A DNA stretch of 39,750 nt from Jimgerdemannia flammicorona (lineage: Eukaryota): assembly GCA_003990765.1 (NCBI GenBank), contig RBNJ01000135.1:1-39750 (forward strand), given 5' to 3'. Position numbers and translations under genes: made by a program. This document shows, one piece after another, positions 1 through 12,217 of this stretch. The stretch's first letter is position 1, and each line of letters starts with the position of its first letter. Under the pieces are notes generated by a model that ran no database searches, was not told the origin of the DNA, and was given only the letters and a program-made list of their open reading frames with translations.

Positions 1-351
1 TTATGGTGGTCCTAGAAGACCGCAGTATATATGATTTGAAACGCGGAAAATAGTGTCCTAATTCGGTCTTTTCATAATGTTTTCCGCGCACCGGGCAAAG
101 AGGGAGTGGTACATGCAAAATATTTATATATTTTATATATTTGAGTGTCGTTCCATAGAAACCCGACCTGTCCGCATATGGGGTGAAGGGCAATTGACTG
201 CCAACTTATTGACTGCGGTTCTACGCCACAACAGAGCGCCACAAGATACTATATAAGTTCCGATATGTGCGGCGCTTTTGGCATATATATATCTTTGAAA
301 ATTTTCATCTCGTCTTGAAGATATCTTTTCCTGATTGCATTGATATCAACA

Positions 352-966
352 ATGCTGCATTTGCTATGGTTGTCATCTATCTTTTTCCAATACATTCCCT
401 CGCTAACGAATCCCGCCACCACGGAGGAAACCAAGTCTATCCATCATGGGATCGCCTGTGATATGTGTCGAACTCCCAACATCACAGGAGTCCGGCACAA
501 ATGTAAGTTGCTTCACGATTGCATATGATCGATACAAGCATACGACTACGCTGAATCTAATTCTGTCCCACAATTTCAGGCAAATCCTGTCCCGACTACG
601 AATTGTGTGAAAAATGCTTCCTCCACGGGCACGAGCAACACCCAGGCCATAAATTTATGCCCTTTCCGAAGCCTGTTCCGAATGCTCTGGAAGAAATAGC
701 CGTCGTAGCTGGTGGTAAATGGCCAGCATATGACGAGTTCAATGACAAAAGTCGATATTGGCCTATTCGTAGGGCTCATCAGACTGGTCGAAGTATAGAC
801 TCCGCCAAATATCCTTTTGAGGTTGTCTATGACCCTAGCAAAGAGAAAAGACCAACTTTTGTGAGGATCCTTTCGTCGGATCTTGTCACCGAAATACGTA
901 ACCGGATGATGCAACCACGTCGTGATTCGTCGTCCTTGGACCAGTAAGTTACTGATTACAAACCCT

Positions 967-1001
<35 letters not shown>

Positions 1002-3319
1002 TGACCATAGACATTCGACGTATTAACTCCTATTCTATCCGTCCGCCTTTGAAAAGTCTCGTTAATAATTATGAATGGGTAGGCCAACCAAAGGCTGAAA
1101 TATCTATAAGAGACCTATATTGCGTTCGCGAGGATTTAAAGCATGAAATACACAGCACCGGAGGAATCATTGAACTTGACGAATCTTCCGAGCCAGGTCT
1201 CCAATTTCTTCCCTTATATATATGTGTGTGTTGTGTACTTTTATATACGCTGCGAAATTATCTGATATTTACCCCCCTTTTCTTTTTCTTCACAAAATTT
1301 CCAGATTGTACAAATGGTAATCTGTTACTTTATTCATTTTTATTTATTTATTTAATTATTTTAGCGAGAAGCGAAATGCCGCTCTTGCAATGATTGAGTA
1401 ATGCTATCAACACACGTCGCCTATATTTTTTTAGAAGGCAAGGCAGCGCTCTACTTGCTTTTAGAAGTTATAGATAAAGAGACCGCTGATATCCATGCCC
1501 AGATGCAACAGATGAACATAGACAAAGTTATAACCTATGACCTTTTGTGGGCATTACTTCGAAAAGGGACTCGCATATATAGGTATGTGCCAAAAGATGT
1601 GGCGTAACGAATATATGTCGTCAATATCCAATTATCTTATTAGATCAATTACTATTCCGCAGCGACTGTCCTATCACTGGTGAAAAAATGGGCGGAATTG
1701 TTGAGAGTGTCGAATACCAGGAACCCCCTAAACCACAATTTGTTGTCGAAATAGTGATCATTGACTATGATGGGATTGCCCACAAATATTGCCAGACGCG
1801 TAGAATCATCAAACCGTTTGTCGGCGCAAAGCTTGCAACAACTTTGAGCGTGGTTCCATTATGCTACCACAAGTCACCCCAATCGATGAAAAGGTACCTG
1901 TGTGGCCGTGGAAAGCAATGGAAAACTATGACAAAGGTGAACCATGTCGAATATCAAGGTAAACAACAATAGTTCGTCGTACTACCTTTGCAAAATAAAA
2001 GTTTAGAAATGACGAATAACCAGGAGATTCATGCATTCCGCAGGAGCCATCACTTGCTTGAGTTTTGAAGAATTTGGATGCTTGAAGATTGAAAAATTTT
2101 CCGCTGGTGGCCGAGTAATGATTGATGTGACGAACTTCCACCGGTATGTTTTCAGTTCACCAGTCGCGAATGACCATCCTCGACTTCGCGTTAAGTTCTT
2201 GACATATATTTTTTCCCTTTCTCAAGATTCAATCCAGCATACCCGATGGACACGGCTCAACCGCCTGCGAAATGTGACCTGGACGACATGAATATCGGCG
2301 GTGAATATCCCGCAATTCCGGACGACCACCTTTGGCTGGCCAGCCCCGTGCTATTCGGGTTCAGCTTCGCTACAAAAAAATGGGGACAATTCGATGTGAC
2401 GTCGGTGGTGCCAATCAATTTCGTGCACGACGCGTTCGACAAGTTGGTAATGCCCAGCGATCAGAAGAACATGGTAAAAAGTATTGTGTCACAGTACGCT
2501 TCTGATAAGATTATAGCCGCTCAAGGAAGTCAAGTTTCCAGTGACATAATCAAGAATAAGGGCTTGGGGTGCATTTTTCTATGTCACGTACGGGAAAAAC
2601 ATTGACAGCAGAAAGTATCGCCGAAAATCACAAATTACCTCTATGGTCGGTCAGTATGACGGAGCTTGGCACTACATCCGACGTTTTGGAAGAGGCGTTA
2701 GGAAAGTTATTGCAAGTGGCGCAAAATTGGGGAGCAATTGTGCTTTTGGATGAAGCAGATGTCTATCTCGAACGCCGTGACAATAGTGATTTGAATAGAA
2801 ATGCAATGGTTGCTGCCTTTCTGAAGCTAGTAGAATACTTTTCTGGTAACGTCCACTTCATTTGTATTGATTCCATTGACTCCACTTCTTCAATTACAAG
2901 GATGGGTGATGAAAAAAGAATATTAACCCATGTTTTGTGTGTTTTCCGCTCTAGGTATCCTTTTCTTGACGACAAATCGAGTGGCCCATTTCGACGACGG
3001 AATGTGCTCGCGTGTTAATGTTTTCTTGAAATTCGCCCCTCTCGACCCCACGGATCGCGAAAAAATCTGGCTGAATTTCATCAAGCAACACAACGACAAT
3101 CGCAAGGACGGCGAGAGTAGTATTTTGGAAAAAAGCGCTAGCGAATTTGCGCAAGAGTCAATGAACGGCCGCGAAATTCGCAATGTAATGCATATGGCGA
3201 AGGCGTGGGCCCGTGGTTCGAAGGAGCCTTTGGCTGAACATCACATCAAGAAGGCAATTGCCACGACAATGACAATGAGGAGCGAAAATTTGCCAAAGCC
3301 AAGTGTTTTTACTAGCTAG
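352..3319 (+). pseudogene. ZZ-type zinc finger + fungal AAA+ ATPase (ITFDLLW/DUF7025-type family), multi-exon, frameshifted in Walker A
   Basis: Splicing 502-579 gives HHGIACDMCRTPNITGVRHKCKSCPDYELCEKCFLHGHEQHPGHKF, a ZZ finger. Later exons give ITYDLLWALLRKG, IDYDG, RVMIDV, LFGFSFATKKWG, FDKLVMP, DIIKNKGLG, Walker B IVLLDEADVYLERR and ILFLTTNRV..FD...SRV. The expected GPPGTGKT reads CAC-GT-ACG-GGA-AAA-ACA at 2585-2601, so about 10 nt are missing and the frame shifts. ATG 352 is the probable but not certain start. Confidence 0.85.
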
Positions 3320-3975
3320 CGACGTCCGTATGTTAGATAATTGATTATGTGCGGGATGGGGTTCTGATTTATGTTTATCCGTGACAAATACTTATTTCAC
3401 ACACTTAAATTTTCTGTTTTTCGGGAAAATAAACAACGTGAAAAATCATGGAATCACAGTAGCCATTAGAAACCATTTATTGAAGGATATACAGAGTTCC
3501 TCATTAACGTTTATTTGGAATCACCGACAATTCCAATTCACAAAACGGGATGCTCGACAGACCGGTTCACCGGTTCACCGTTTGTGGGGTCCCAGACGGC
3601 AGAAGTGGCATTTGAAATATTTCAGATGTAATTATATATGATGAAGGATCGGATTCGTTAAAATATCCAGAGTAGCTATAGAATTTGAAGTCCGGCTGAC
3701 CCCGACGAAAATGAGGAAACTAGCAAGTTTGTTGAAAAAAAAAAGGAAGACAAAATTATGCAATGGCAGAGATGACGATGTGTTTAACGTCAAAAAAGGC
3801 GATCTCACCCATTGATAACTCTAAAACCCACGACTATTCATAACGAAAAAGACGTTGCTCATACCTGAGAATAATGTCTTATCTTTATGTCGATTTCCTT
3901 CATTTCACGCGGTAAGATTGTTTCGTAGCTCGGTTTTGGAGGATTCATTGCCTTCATGACGATCAAGTATGGTCT

Positions 3976-6900
3976 TTATCCAGCCGACTGGAATAGCAAT
4001 GAAGACGGTTTACCACTATCATTGCAGAAAAGCATAACGGAGAAGACTTCCTCAAGCTCGCGAGTAATAAACTTGATCGTACCTTCAACTGGATTGTAAG
4101 TGTCCTCAGATTGGAGCACATGTTGCATATAACATTTGGTATAATGTTCATAAAGGCCGGTGACACGAAAACGCAGCAAAATGCAAGGATCCATAACTAT
4201 GTCCTGCCAAAACTTGATGCGCTCCTCAGGGTCGTAAGTCAAAAGCATTTCCAGCATTTTGATATCTGTTACGAACGTGAATGAGTGCAAGTTTTTTATG
4301 TGCGCGGCAGGAAAGATCGATTGCAATTAGCGGTTACCTTGGGGTGTTACGTTATTTGACGCTAATAAAGCATGAAAATCTGATCTAAATCTGTATTCGG
4401 CACTCGGATTAGTCTGCTCGAATACCTTCTGGATTGCGGTGTCATATTGATCTTTGGCGAGTGAAACTGAATGAAAGGATTTAAGATCAACATAAGCACA
4501 AGAGCATCACCATTGGCAAACCTGGAAATTACAAATATCTATATACCGTTTTTCATTTTGACAGTGAAAAGAGGCTCTCCAATGAGTAGTTCTGCGAAGA
4601 TACATCCAATGTTCCACAAGCACGCTTGACACGCAATCATAAATAACGTAATTGTTTAATAGGGCACCGCAAGTTGCTTTTAAAGTTAATACTGACATTT
4701 TGACAATAGCATCGATGACTTACCAGCAGAAGGATGTATTTTTGGCTGTGATAAAAATGACTCCGGAGGAGCACAGACCCGAAAAGCATCGCCTACTGGT
4801 TCGACGAAGTGGAAGAATTGATCTGATCCTCCGAACGGTAAAATCTACTCACAAGTTCAATTGGTCAATTGATAGAATTGAATCAACCCACACTCTCTTC
4901 TAAGGCAAACAACGCGAAGCTGGCATACCTTGATCTCAGCATTATCGATCAGGCGAATTTTACTTGGAGCCTACGATAAAATATTATGAATATCTGCGAA
5001 CTTGAAAGAAACCATATTAAGGGCACTTTATGCACGATTTACCAGATGTATATTAGGCATTCCAACATGAACTAAAAAGAATGCGCCATCCTACACCGAG
5101 AAAACAATTGAATTTAACGCTCATTTAAACGTAGAGCATATAAATTCAGGCATCGAATATTTACCACAAGTTGGCCTAGGATGTCTCTTGCTAAGTCTTG
5201 CGAGACCCTACCGAATTGCAAATATTCGTGGAGAGACCATTTCCCTGGTAGCTCGTAGATGCAATACCTAAAACATAATTGCTAGTTAATTGTTTTGTTT
5301 CCTTTCCTTAAACTGAAAGCAAGAAACGATGTGACGTACAGGGTTTGAGAGCAATCCACCCACACATTGAATATTTTGAAAACCTGCAGTTGCGAAATCG
5401 ATCGATTAGATCTACATCATGGAGATAAAATCACGACGCCCTTGCTAGCGATGACAATACTCTTTCGGCAAGCGGCCCGAATTCCGAGAATCTAGTGCTT
5501 TGCAGGGAGTCGTTAAATTTCATTCGTGAAATCGGCTCTCGCGTCACGATCACAGAATGTTCATCTGGTAATGCGTAGGTTCTGCAAAAATGTAATACCT
5601 TGACATGAGTGTCTTTTTGATAATGTGAATTAAATATATCACTTTGACAATGAAACCAAAGTATAATATGGTACTTACAAAATTTGTTGTTTACAGTCTT
5701 TGAAACCGGCGATCATGTTATGGTCGGCCGGTGACTCGTAGGACCAATCATTTAACAGCGGTTCCTTGAACACGATTTCCTTATTATGCTTCTTTGCAGC
5801 ATCCTTGATGGCCGCGTGCATCCTGTAGCTCGAATCCTCTTGGAACAGAAGGCCCAGGTGGCATAGTTCCTGCAGGACCTCTTCGATATCAGGACTTTGG
5901 ATCTCTACCGGGGACTGCCTAACGTAATCGATACATTGGGCGAGGTGGGTAAGGAGTTGAGGAGTGATTTTTCCGTCGAAGAGTGCACATTGGTATAGTA
6001 CAAGGCGGTGCTGATCCTCAAGGTTCTCGAGTGTTGCTTTAAAACATTCTTCGAGGCTGCTGTGCCTCCCTGAACCATCTCTTCCATCAACTAAAGGCAA
6101 GCGGTTCCGAGTCATCTTAACAAAATCCGCAAGTGATTTCCCACGGTATTTGGGCAAATTGAGCGCCTTGCCCAATAAAACCAGACAAAGTGGGTGTCCG
6201 TCGACCAATTCGACCAGCTCGCGTAGAGGTTCGCTTTCGTCCTCCTTATTTATCGTCATCCACTTGTGAGACCCCACGCTTTCAATAAACAAAGCGACAC
6301 CGTGGTCAATATCTGAATCGACAAGACCGTTCAAAACCATCTTCGTTTCTGTTGGCCAATCGAGCAAGTCACGCGATGTTGCAATGATTTTGATAGCGGG
6401 GCATGTCGATGCAACGTCCCGCAACCAATTCCACAAAATCCCGGCGCCTTCATCGCCTCGGAGTTGAGCTTCCTTGAAGGTTTCCGCGTTGTCCAGGATC
6501 AATAAGGACGTAGGATGAGACTGGAATTTTTTAAATATGGCAAGCTGCAAGCGCTCAACATCGTCTTCGAAAGCCATATCTGATTTATCAAACAGAGTAT
6601 CGACGAGCCCTTTGAGATACTCGGTAGGTTTCGGTACAATTTCGAAAGATCGAAAATATATCCCACCGGGAAAGGCATGAGATGTTCGTTGCACCGCTCG
6701 AAGAGTCAATGTCGTCTTGCCTTGGCCTCCAATACCTTGTATAGTAAAAATGCGACGTTCCTGGTCTGCACCAATCGAAAGCCTAATAAGTTCGCGGTTG
6801 ACCTTCAAAAGCTCTTTGTTGCGGCCACGAAAGGACGATCGGTTATGGGGCATTAGGTTGTGGTTGGGAATATGTCTACGGATGGTGAGCCCACCAGGCT

Positions 6901-7957
6901 CGCCAAAATCGTAAAGGAACCGTCCGTCATCTTCATGAAATGTAGACGAATAGAGTATCATAGCGCCAACGAACAGGTCGCGTTTCCGGGTGTCGTTGTC
7001 ATTAAAATCAAATTTCGATACGCGCGCGTTCCAAAATGCCTCTTCAATAGAGCAGCCCACCGCAAGGCGTTCGTAAAACGTTATCTCAAATTCACGTGCG
7101 AGGTCGTCGGGAATACTGCAGTACGAACCGATAGCATAAGCCGCACCGGCCTTGACCAAAGATTGCGCAAGAGTGTCAGTATGACAGGCAGCCAAAAATC
7201 CGAGGCGCAATCTCTGTCCGATATTAAGAAGGCGCAAATGGTTCACATTGTCGATATCTCCGATGTCATCCTCAAAAACGAGGACTGATTCGCCATCTTG
7301 AGTGGAGCAATGTCCCATAAAATGGAGAACGGTATCTGCCTCTGGGCTATCCGTGACCATAGTTTGAGCATTTTTGACGGTTGGCGGGAAGGCGCGTTCC
7401 AATAGCGTTCCTCCTCCTCCGTGATTGTGAAAATTGTCTACGAAATGCTGGAATTGATTATTCAAGCTCAGTGACGCCAGGTCCTCGTTAATCGGGTCTG
7501 GGTCCACAACAACGACGCGTAGTTTGGGTTTATGTCGGAGAGTTCGAGAATGTCCGAATGGCACAACACGTACGAATCTGCACTTTCGTACCAAGTATGT
7601 ATCACCCGCCCACGCATATTCCCAGGGAATGTCGTTGACCGCAGTAAATTGGATAACCAGCAGAACTCGACAGTTAGCTTCGGCCTTTACACCTTCCCAT
7701 AGAATTCGAGCAGCAGCAGACAAATTGTCGGAAAAAAGCGCATTGAACAATGCCTTGCCATATCTTCTGATCGCATCCCCGCTAGGCCTGTCGCTGTCGG
7801 CGAAAATATTGATGGGTTTTTTCCGATGCAAATCGGTAGGGTTGAAAGAATGGCTACGAATGAGATCGCATGGATCGCATGTTGGAGAGTTGGAAACTGA
7901 TACATCAACAAGGATATCGCCGTCCTTTGATGTGCCTTCCGACAAGACTATTTGCAT
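3976..7957 (-). CDS. NLR-like protein: CHAT (caspase-HetF-like) protease - STAND/NB-ARC-type NTPase - winged helix - C-terminal pseudokinase, ~1084 aa
   Basis: Exons 7957-5679, 5581-5461, 5383-5340, 5267-5165, 5090-5043, 4970-4929, 4844-4724, 4624-4547, 4466-4338 and 4265-3976. All introns are GT-AG and the exons total 3255 nt in one frame. CHAT motifs: IPWEY, LHFMGHC (His 7310-7312), FLAACHT (Cys 7184-7186), FY..LA.G.SIEEA. STAND motifs: FRGRNKEL, Walker A GIGGQGKT, Walker B LLILDNAE, IIATSR, GHPLCL, YRMH. Kinase-fold motifs: LYCIYE, ARDILGQLV, ILPFG, APPE, LWNIGCIFAELLIGEPLF, LLTYDPEERI. The exact start and the last exon are less certain; the end may lie between about 3900 and 3976. Confidence 0.85.
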
Positions 7958-8427
7958 TTCAAAAAACTGGGAAACCAGAGAATAATTTTTACAAACGGTG
8001 ATAATACTGATTGAAGATCTTAACTGATATGCTCGCAATGAGATTAATCAAACCTAATAACACCCTTTGGAAATAGACGGAAGGTTGTGAGAAAAACGCT
8101 CGGTAGGAAAAACGCTCCGCAGCAGGTGACAAGGCGCCACCAGTTCCATTTTGCGCAACCTTGGGAACGACCGTTTATTAGTCAGCCTACCACATGCTCA
8201 AAAACAATTTCCCAGAATATCGGTATCCACGTGTTTGTGTCATGAAATTAAGTTATGGAGGACACCGCAGTAAGTGGCATTTCTTTTCAAAGCGCCAAAG
8301 ATGAACTATTTCCGCAGTCAGTGGACTATTTCCGCAGTCAGTGGTCAAAATATCAAGACTTAATTTGGATAGGTAAACCGTCCGCAGCATCTCCAAGAAG
8401 GATTATATTTCCCAGTCATCCCACCAC
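7958..8427. promoter_or_regulatory. Probable former bidirectional promoter of the NLR gene and the Ubl gene, with short direct repeats
   Basis: Removing the LINE leaves 496 bp between the two divergent ATGs (7957 and 14289). It contains GAAAAACGCTC twice (8091-8101, 8107-8117) and a perfect 20-bp tandem ACTATTTCCGCAGTCAGTGG (8305-8344). Promoter function is inferred from position only. Confidence 0.45.
8411..8427 (+). repeat. Left target-site duplication of the LINE (17 bp)
   Basis: CCCAGTCATCCCACCAC directly precedes the poly-T and is identical to 14246-14262. Confidence 0.95.
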
Positions 8428-8486
8428 TTTTTTTTTTTTTTTTTTTTTTTTTTTTGTTTTTTTTTATAGTCACTTGGACTCCTTTA

Positions 8487-11400
8487 TTACGAACTATCTA
8501 ATACAATATCAACTAACCACAATCCACTAGTAACATCACATAACATAAATAAGTAGAGCTCTTCAACCAATCTCAACCAACTCCTTCTTTTCATCTCACC
8601 CCCTTCTCACCAAGTACGAGGTGCTCCTGACTCCTCTGAACAATGTCTAACACCTTCTTCATGGCCCCCAACTGGTGCCTCTTCCCCTGATACCACCACC
8701 CTTACACCACTTCCAAAAGTAACCCCTTCTACCACTCCACCAATTCTCCAATTCCCATCTAAGGATCTCTCTCGAACACCCATCACCAGTGTACTGCCAT
8801 CAGCACCCAGATGCTGATGATCTGACCCAGGCCTCCCCAGATATCTCCAATGTCTCCCACCAGTCAATGCTTGATCACCTGGCAAGTAGGGCCCTCTGCC
8901 TGCTCACTCTCTTTCCCCAATAACCTTCTAATGTTCACCAAAATCCTTCAACCCCTGGACAGGCCACCAGAACATGCTCCGACATCTGCACCACTCCCCC
9001 ATCCAGCTCACAGCACCACTCACATTCCTTCACACCTTCATCCACCATCCACCCTGTCCTATACCCCAGCATAACATTCCTCCACAAAAATCGCCACCAT
9101 ACCACCCAGTACTTAGGTGGGGCAATCTTGAGTAGTGAGGTCCCCCAGCCCCAAACCCGTCTCCACTCCCACTCTTCTCCAAACCCAGCCTTCTGCCAAC
9201 CAACTGGCCACCTCTCAAGCAGACCTGTCCGGATCCACTCCATTGCCCCAGTTAGAGAGTATTCAACCAACAGGTGGCCACCAATACAAATCACACCAAA
9301 TTGCTACCATCGCTGGTCTGAGTCCTCCTCTTCTTCACCAGGCTCTGGGCCTATAAGTCCCATCACTAGCCAAGCTTCTACAATACTCCATCAGAATCCC
9401 TGATAGTGCAACCTGCCAACCCTTCCAACCTGGAGCAAATCTCACATATCCTTCCGAACCTCACTCCGGAGGTAGAACCTAACTTCCCAGTTATCCATAG
9501 CCAGTTTGCTCCAATCCTCCCCTCCTAATTCTGCCATCTGATAACCCCACCAGCCCTGAAGTGCCTTCAGATGCCTTCTAAAGTCCACTAGCCCCAGACC
9601 TCCATCTGCCCTTGGCATCACCATTACCTCCCAACTAATCTGTGATCTCCTTCCCTGCCATAGCCATCCTTCGACCACCTTCTTCAATTTCTGCACCACC
9701 CATCCTGGAAAGTCCAGGTGGTACCTCAAGTACCACAGCTTCAGTAACCAATATATATTCAAGACTACAATCCTTCCAACCAAAGAGAAGCCCCTCCCAG
9801 ACCAGCCCACTAAGGTGTTCTCCCACTTCTGTATCAATCCACACCACCACTCTTTCAGCAGCACTGTTCCATATACTAAGAACCAGATATCCAAATATCG
9901 AACTGCCTCCCCAGGGCCAGCTAATTGTCCAAAGTGTCTATGCTCCCCCAAGCTAGCTCCAAGCTCTATGATTACACACTTGCCCCAGTTCAGCTTTGCC
10001 CTTGCCAATATCTCATACTGTCCTCCCTTCCTACAAGCTCGCCACATCTTCCATACTGCCTAACTCTACCACTATGTTATCCGCAAAGGCCCCCAGCTTC
10101 CAGACCACATCCCCCATCTTCAACCCAGTAAGCCTCCCCTTCAGCCATACCAACAAGGGCTCCAAAGATAAAATATAAAGCAGGAGCGAAAGAGGATCCC
10201 CCTGTAGCACACCTTACTCTAAGAAAAACTCCAGGCCACTCCACCCATTCATCAACACTGCTGCCTGGCAACCTTGCATCAGACCCATCAGTTTTTGAGT
10301 CTCCCCCATACCAAACCTGGCCTTCCATAGAACTGCCTCCAAGTAGCTCCACCACACCCTGTCATATGCCTTTTCCTGGTCCAAGAATACCATTCTTCCA
10401 TCTATCTGCCGGCTTCTACAACCCTTCAAAACATTTTGCACCCAGGCTGTGCTGTCCCGAATCTGTCTCCCCTTTACAAACCCTCGCTGTTCATCACCCA
10501 CTAATCAGCCAATCCATTGTTGCATTCTCTCTGCCAGAATCTTAGAGACCAACTTCCTATCCACATTCAGTAACATGATGGGCCTCCAGTTCTGCCACAC
10601 ACATCTGTCCCCTTTCTCCTTATAGAGCAGAGAGACTAGTCCTAAGGAGCCATTGCCAATCCAGCAGTCTTCCTCCAGTATAAAGTTCACTATTTCCATG
10701 AGCCATACCCCAAACTCTATTCGGAACTCCTTCCAGAACTCCCAAGGCAGTCCATCCTCCCCTGGTGATGAACCAGCCTGCACTTTTCTCAGAACCTCCA
10801 ATACCTCTTCAAGGGTCACCCTACCCATTACTGCTCCACCAATTGCAGGCTCTGCCACTACTGGCCAGCCACCAATCAAATTGTTATTAGTCTCCAGCAC
10901 TGTCTCTCCCTCCACCAGCCCTCCATCATCCTGCCATAGGGTGCACCATTGACCCAAGATCTCCCCAAGCATATCTGCAATATCAGTCACCTCAGTTCTA
11001 TCCTCTCACAACACTGAAGTCCAGCTGTGCTGCACCCTCCTGGCCTTCAGGATTCCGGACAAGTATTTGGTGAGTTGCTCGCCTTCTTCCAACCACTTTG
11101 CTCATAATCTTGCCAGCAACCCATCTACCACCCTATCTTCTACTGCCTTCAAATCCAACCTCAACTCAGCTACCTCCTTGATCAATAGGGAGCATTGCAC
11201 TCCAGAGGAGTTCTCTCCTTCCAGAAGCCTCAGCTGCCAGTGAAGTCCCTGCTCCACTCTCCTTTCTCTATCCTTCTGCTCCCTCCCAGCTACCTCTCCT
11301 ACATCATGCCAATATGCACCTGCCAAATGTTTAAATTTCCCCCACCACTGTACTATTGACTGGCCACTGTTCTTCTACCATACCACTTCCTTTCTTGCAA

Positions 11401-12205
11401 TTTCAACAAACTGGTCCCACTCCACCTGTCTCTTGAGTAATGCCACATTAAGTCTCCATCAGCCTCCTCTGCCACTGACTGCCTGGAATCTCCCACACAC
11501 CTCCACACCCCAGTGATCCAACCAGGGACACCACCATACCTCTGTCGAGTCCAAAACATTGCCCCAGTATTCTGCTATCAGAATCCAGTCAATCCTCGTG
11601 CCAACCAAATCCTCACTGACTGGATGCCATCTAGTGAAAGGCCTTGACTTCACACCTTGACATTGTCATACTCCATCAACCAATCCCATTTTCTTCTCAA
11701 CTTGAAGCCATCACAAGAGCCCTGTAGAAACCACCACACTGACTCCACCATCAGACCTATCTAGTGTCCTGTCATGTATCATATTGAAGTCCCCTCCCAG
11801 AATGTCCAGCCCAATCTCATCTTGGTCTCCCCAGTCCAGCCAACCTTCCACCCATTGGTTTCGCTCTCTGCCAACTGCCAACAGATACACAGAGCCAACC
11901 ACCAGCCCATCACCAGCCCCTTCTTTCAATCTCCCCCAGACCAATTGATCACCATACATCTCAACCTCCTTCAGCTCTCCTCTCCCCAAGCCAACCAAGA
12001 TGTCTACCTGCTCATTCCACCCTGTACTACCAAACCATTCCTTGCTCCACTCCTCATAATCTTGCTCCCCATAAGCCCGAATGTCCTGCAGAAATACTAT
12101 GTCATACCTCCTGATCTTCAGCCACCAAAACAAATGCCTTCACTTCACTCCATCATGCAAACCATTGACATTTAGTGATAATATATGTAGACTGTTCATC
12201 ATCAT
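8487..12205 (-). pseudogene. LINE ORF2: APE endonuclease - reverse transcriptase - Cys/His finger, disrupted by stops and frameshifts
   Basis: APE: MMMNSLHILSLNVNGL, YDIVFLQD, ILGGDFN, TRIDWILI. RT: SSPGEDGLPWEFWK, WRPIMLLNVDRKLVSKILAERM, QRGFVKGRQI, FLDQEKAYDRV, catalytic site FADN (10076-10087, normally [FY]ADD). C-terminal finger: CEWCC...EHVLVACP. The 3' end is approximate. Confidence 0.9.
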
Positions 12206-12217
12206 GAATAAAAATGT

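Noticed and set aside
968-1000. Long homopolymer runs (also ~29014-29036, 32286-32311, ~38037-38052)
   Set aside because: Intronic or intergenic poly-T without TSDs or an upstream element body, so not called as retro-insertions.
3560-3722. Possible additional 3' exon of the NLR gene (FPHFRRGQPDF...)
   Set aside because: No convincing in-frame splice path from exon 10 could be established; left unresolved.
5805-5830. MHD motif reading MHA as a sign of an autoactive NLR
   Set aside because: The Asp is not conserved in many fungal and bacterial STAND proteins, so the plant rule cannot be transferred.
8305-8344. Tandem 20-bp repeat as a CRISPR-like array
   Set aside because: Only two adjacent units, no spacers, eukaryotic context.
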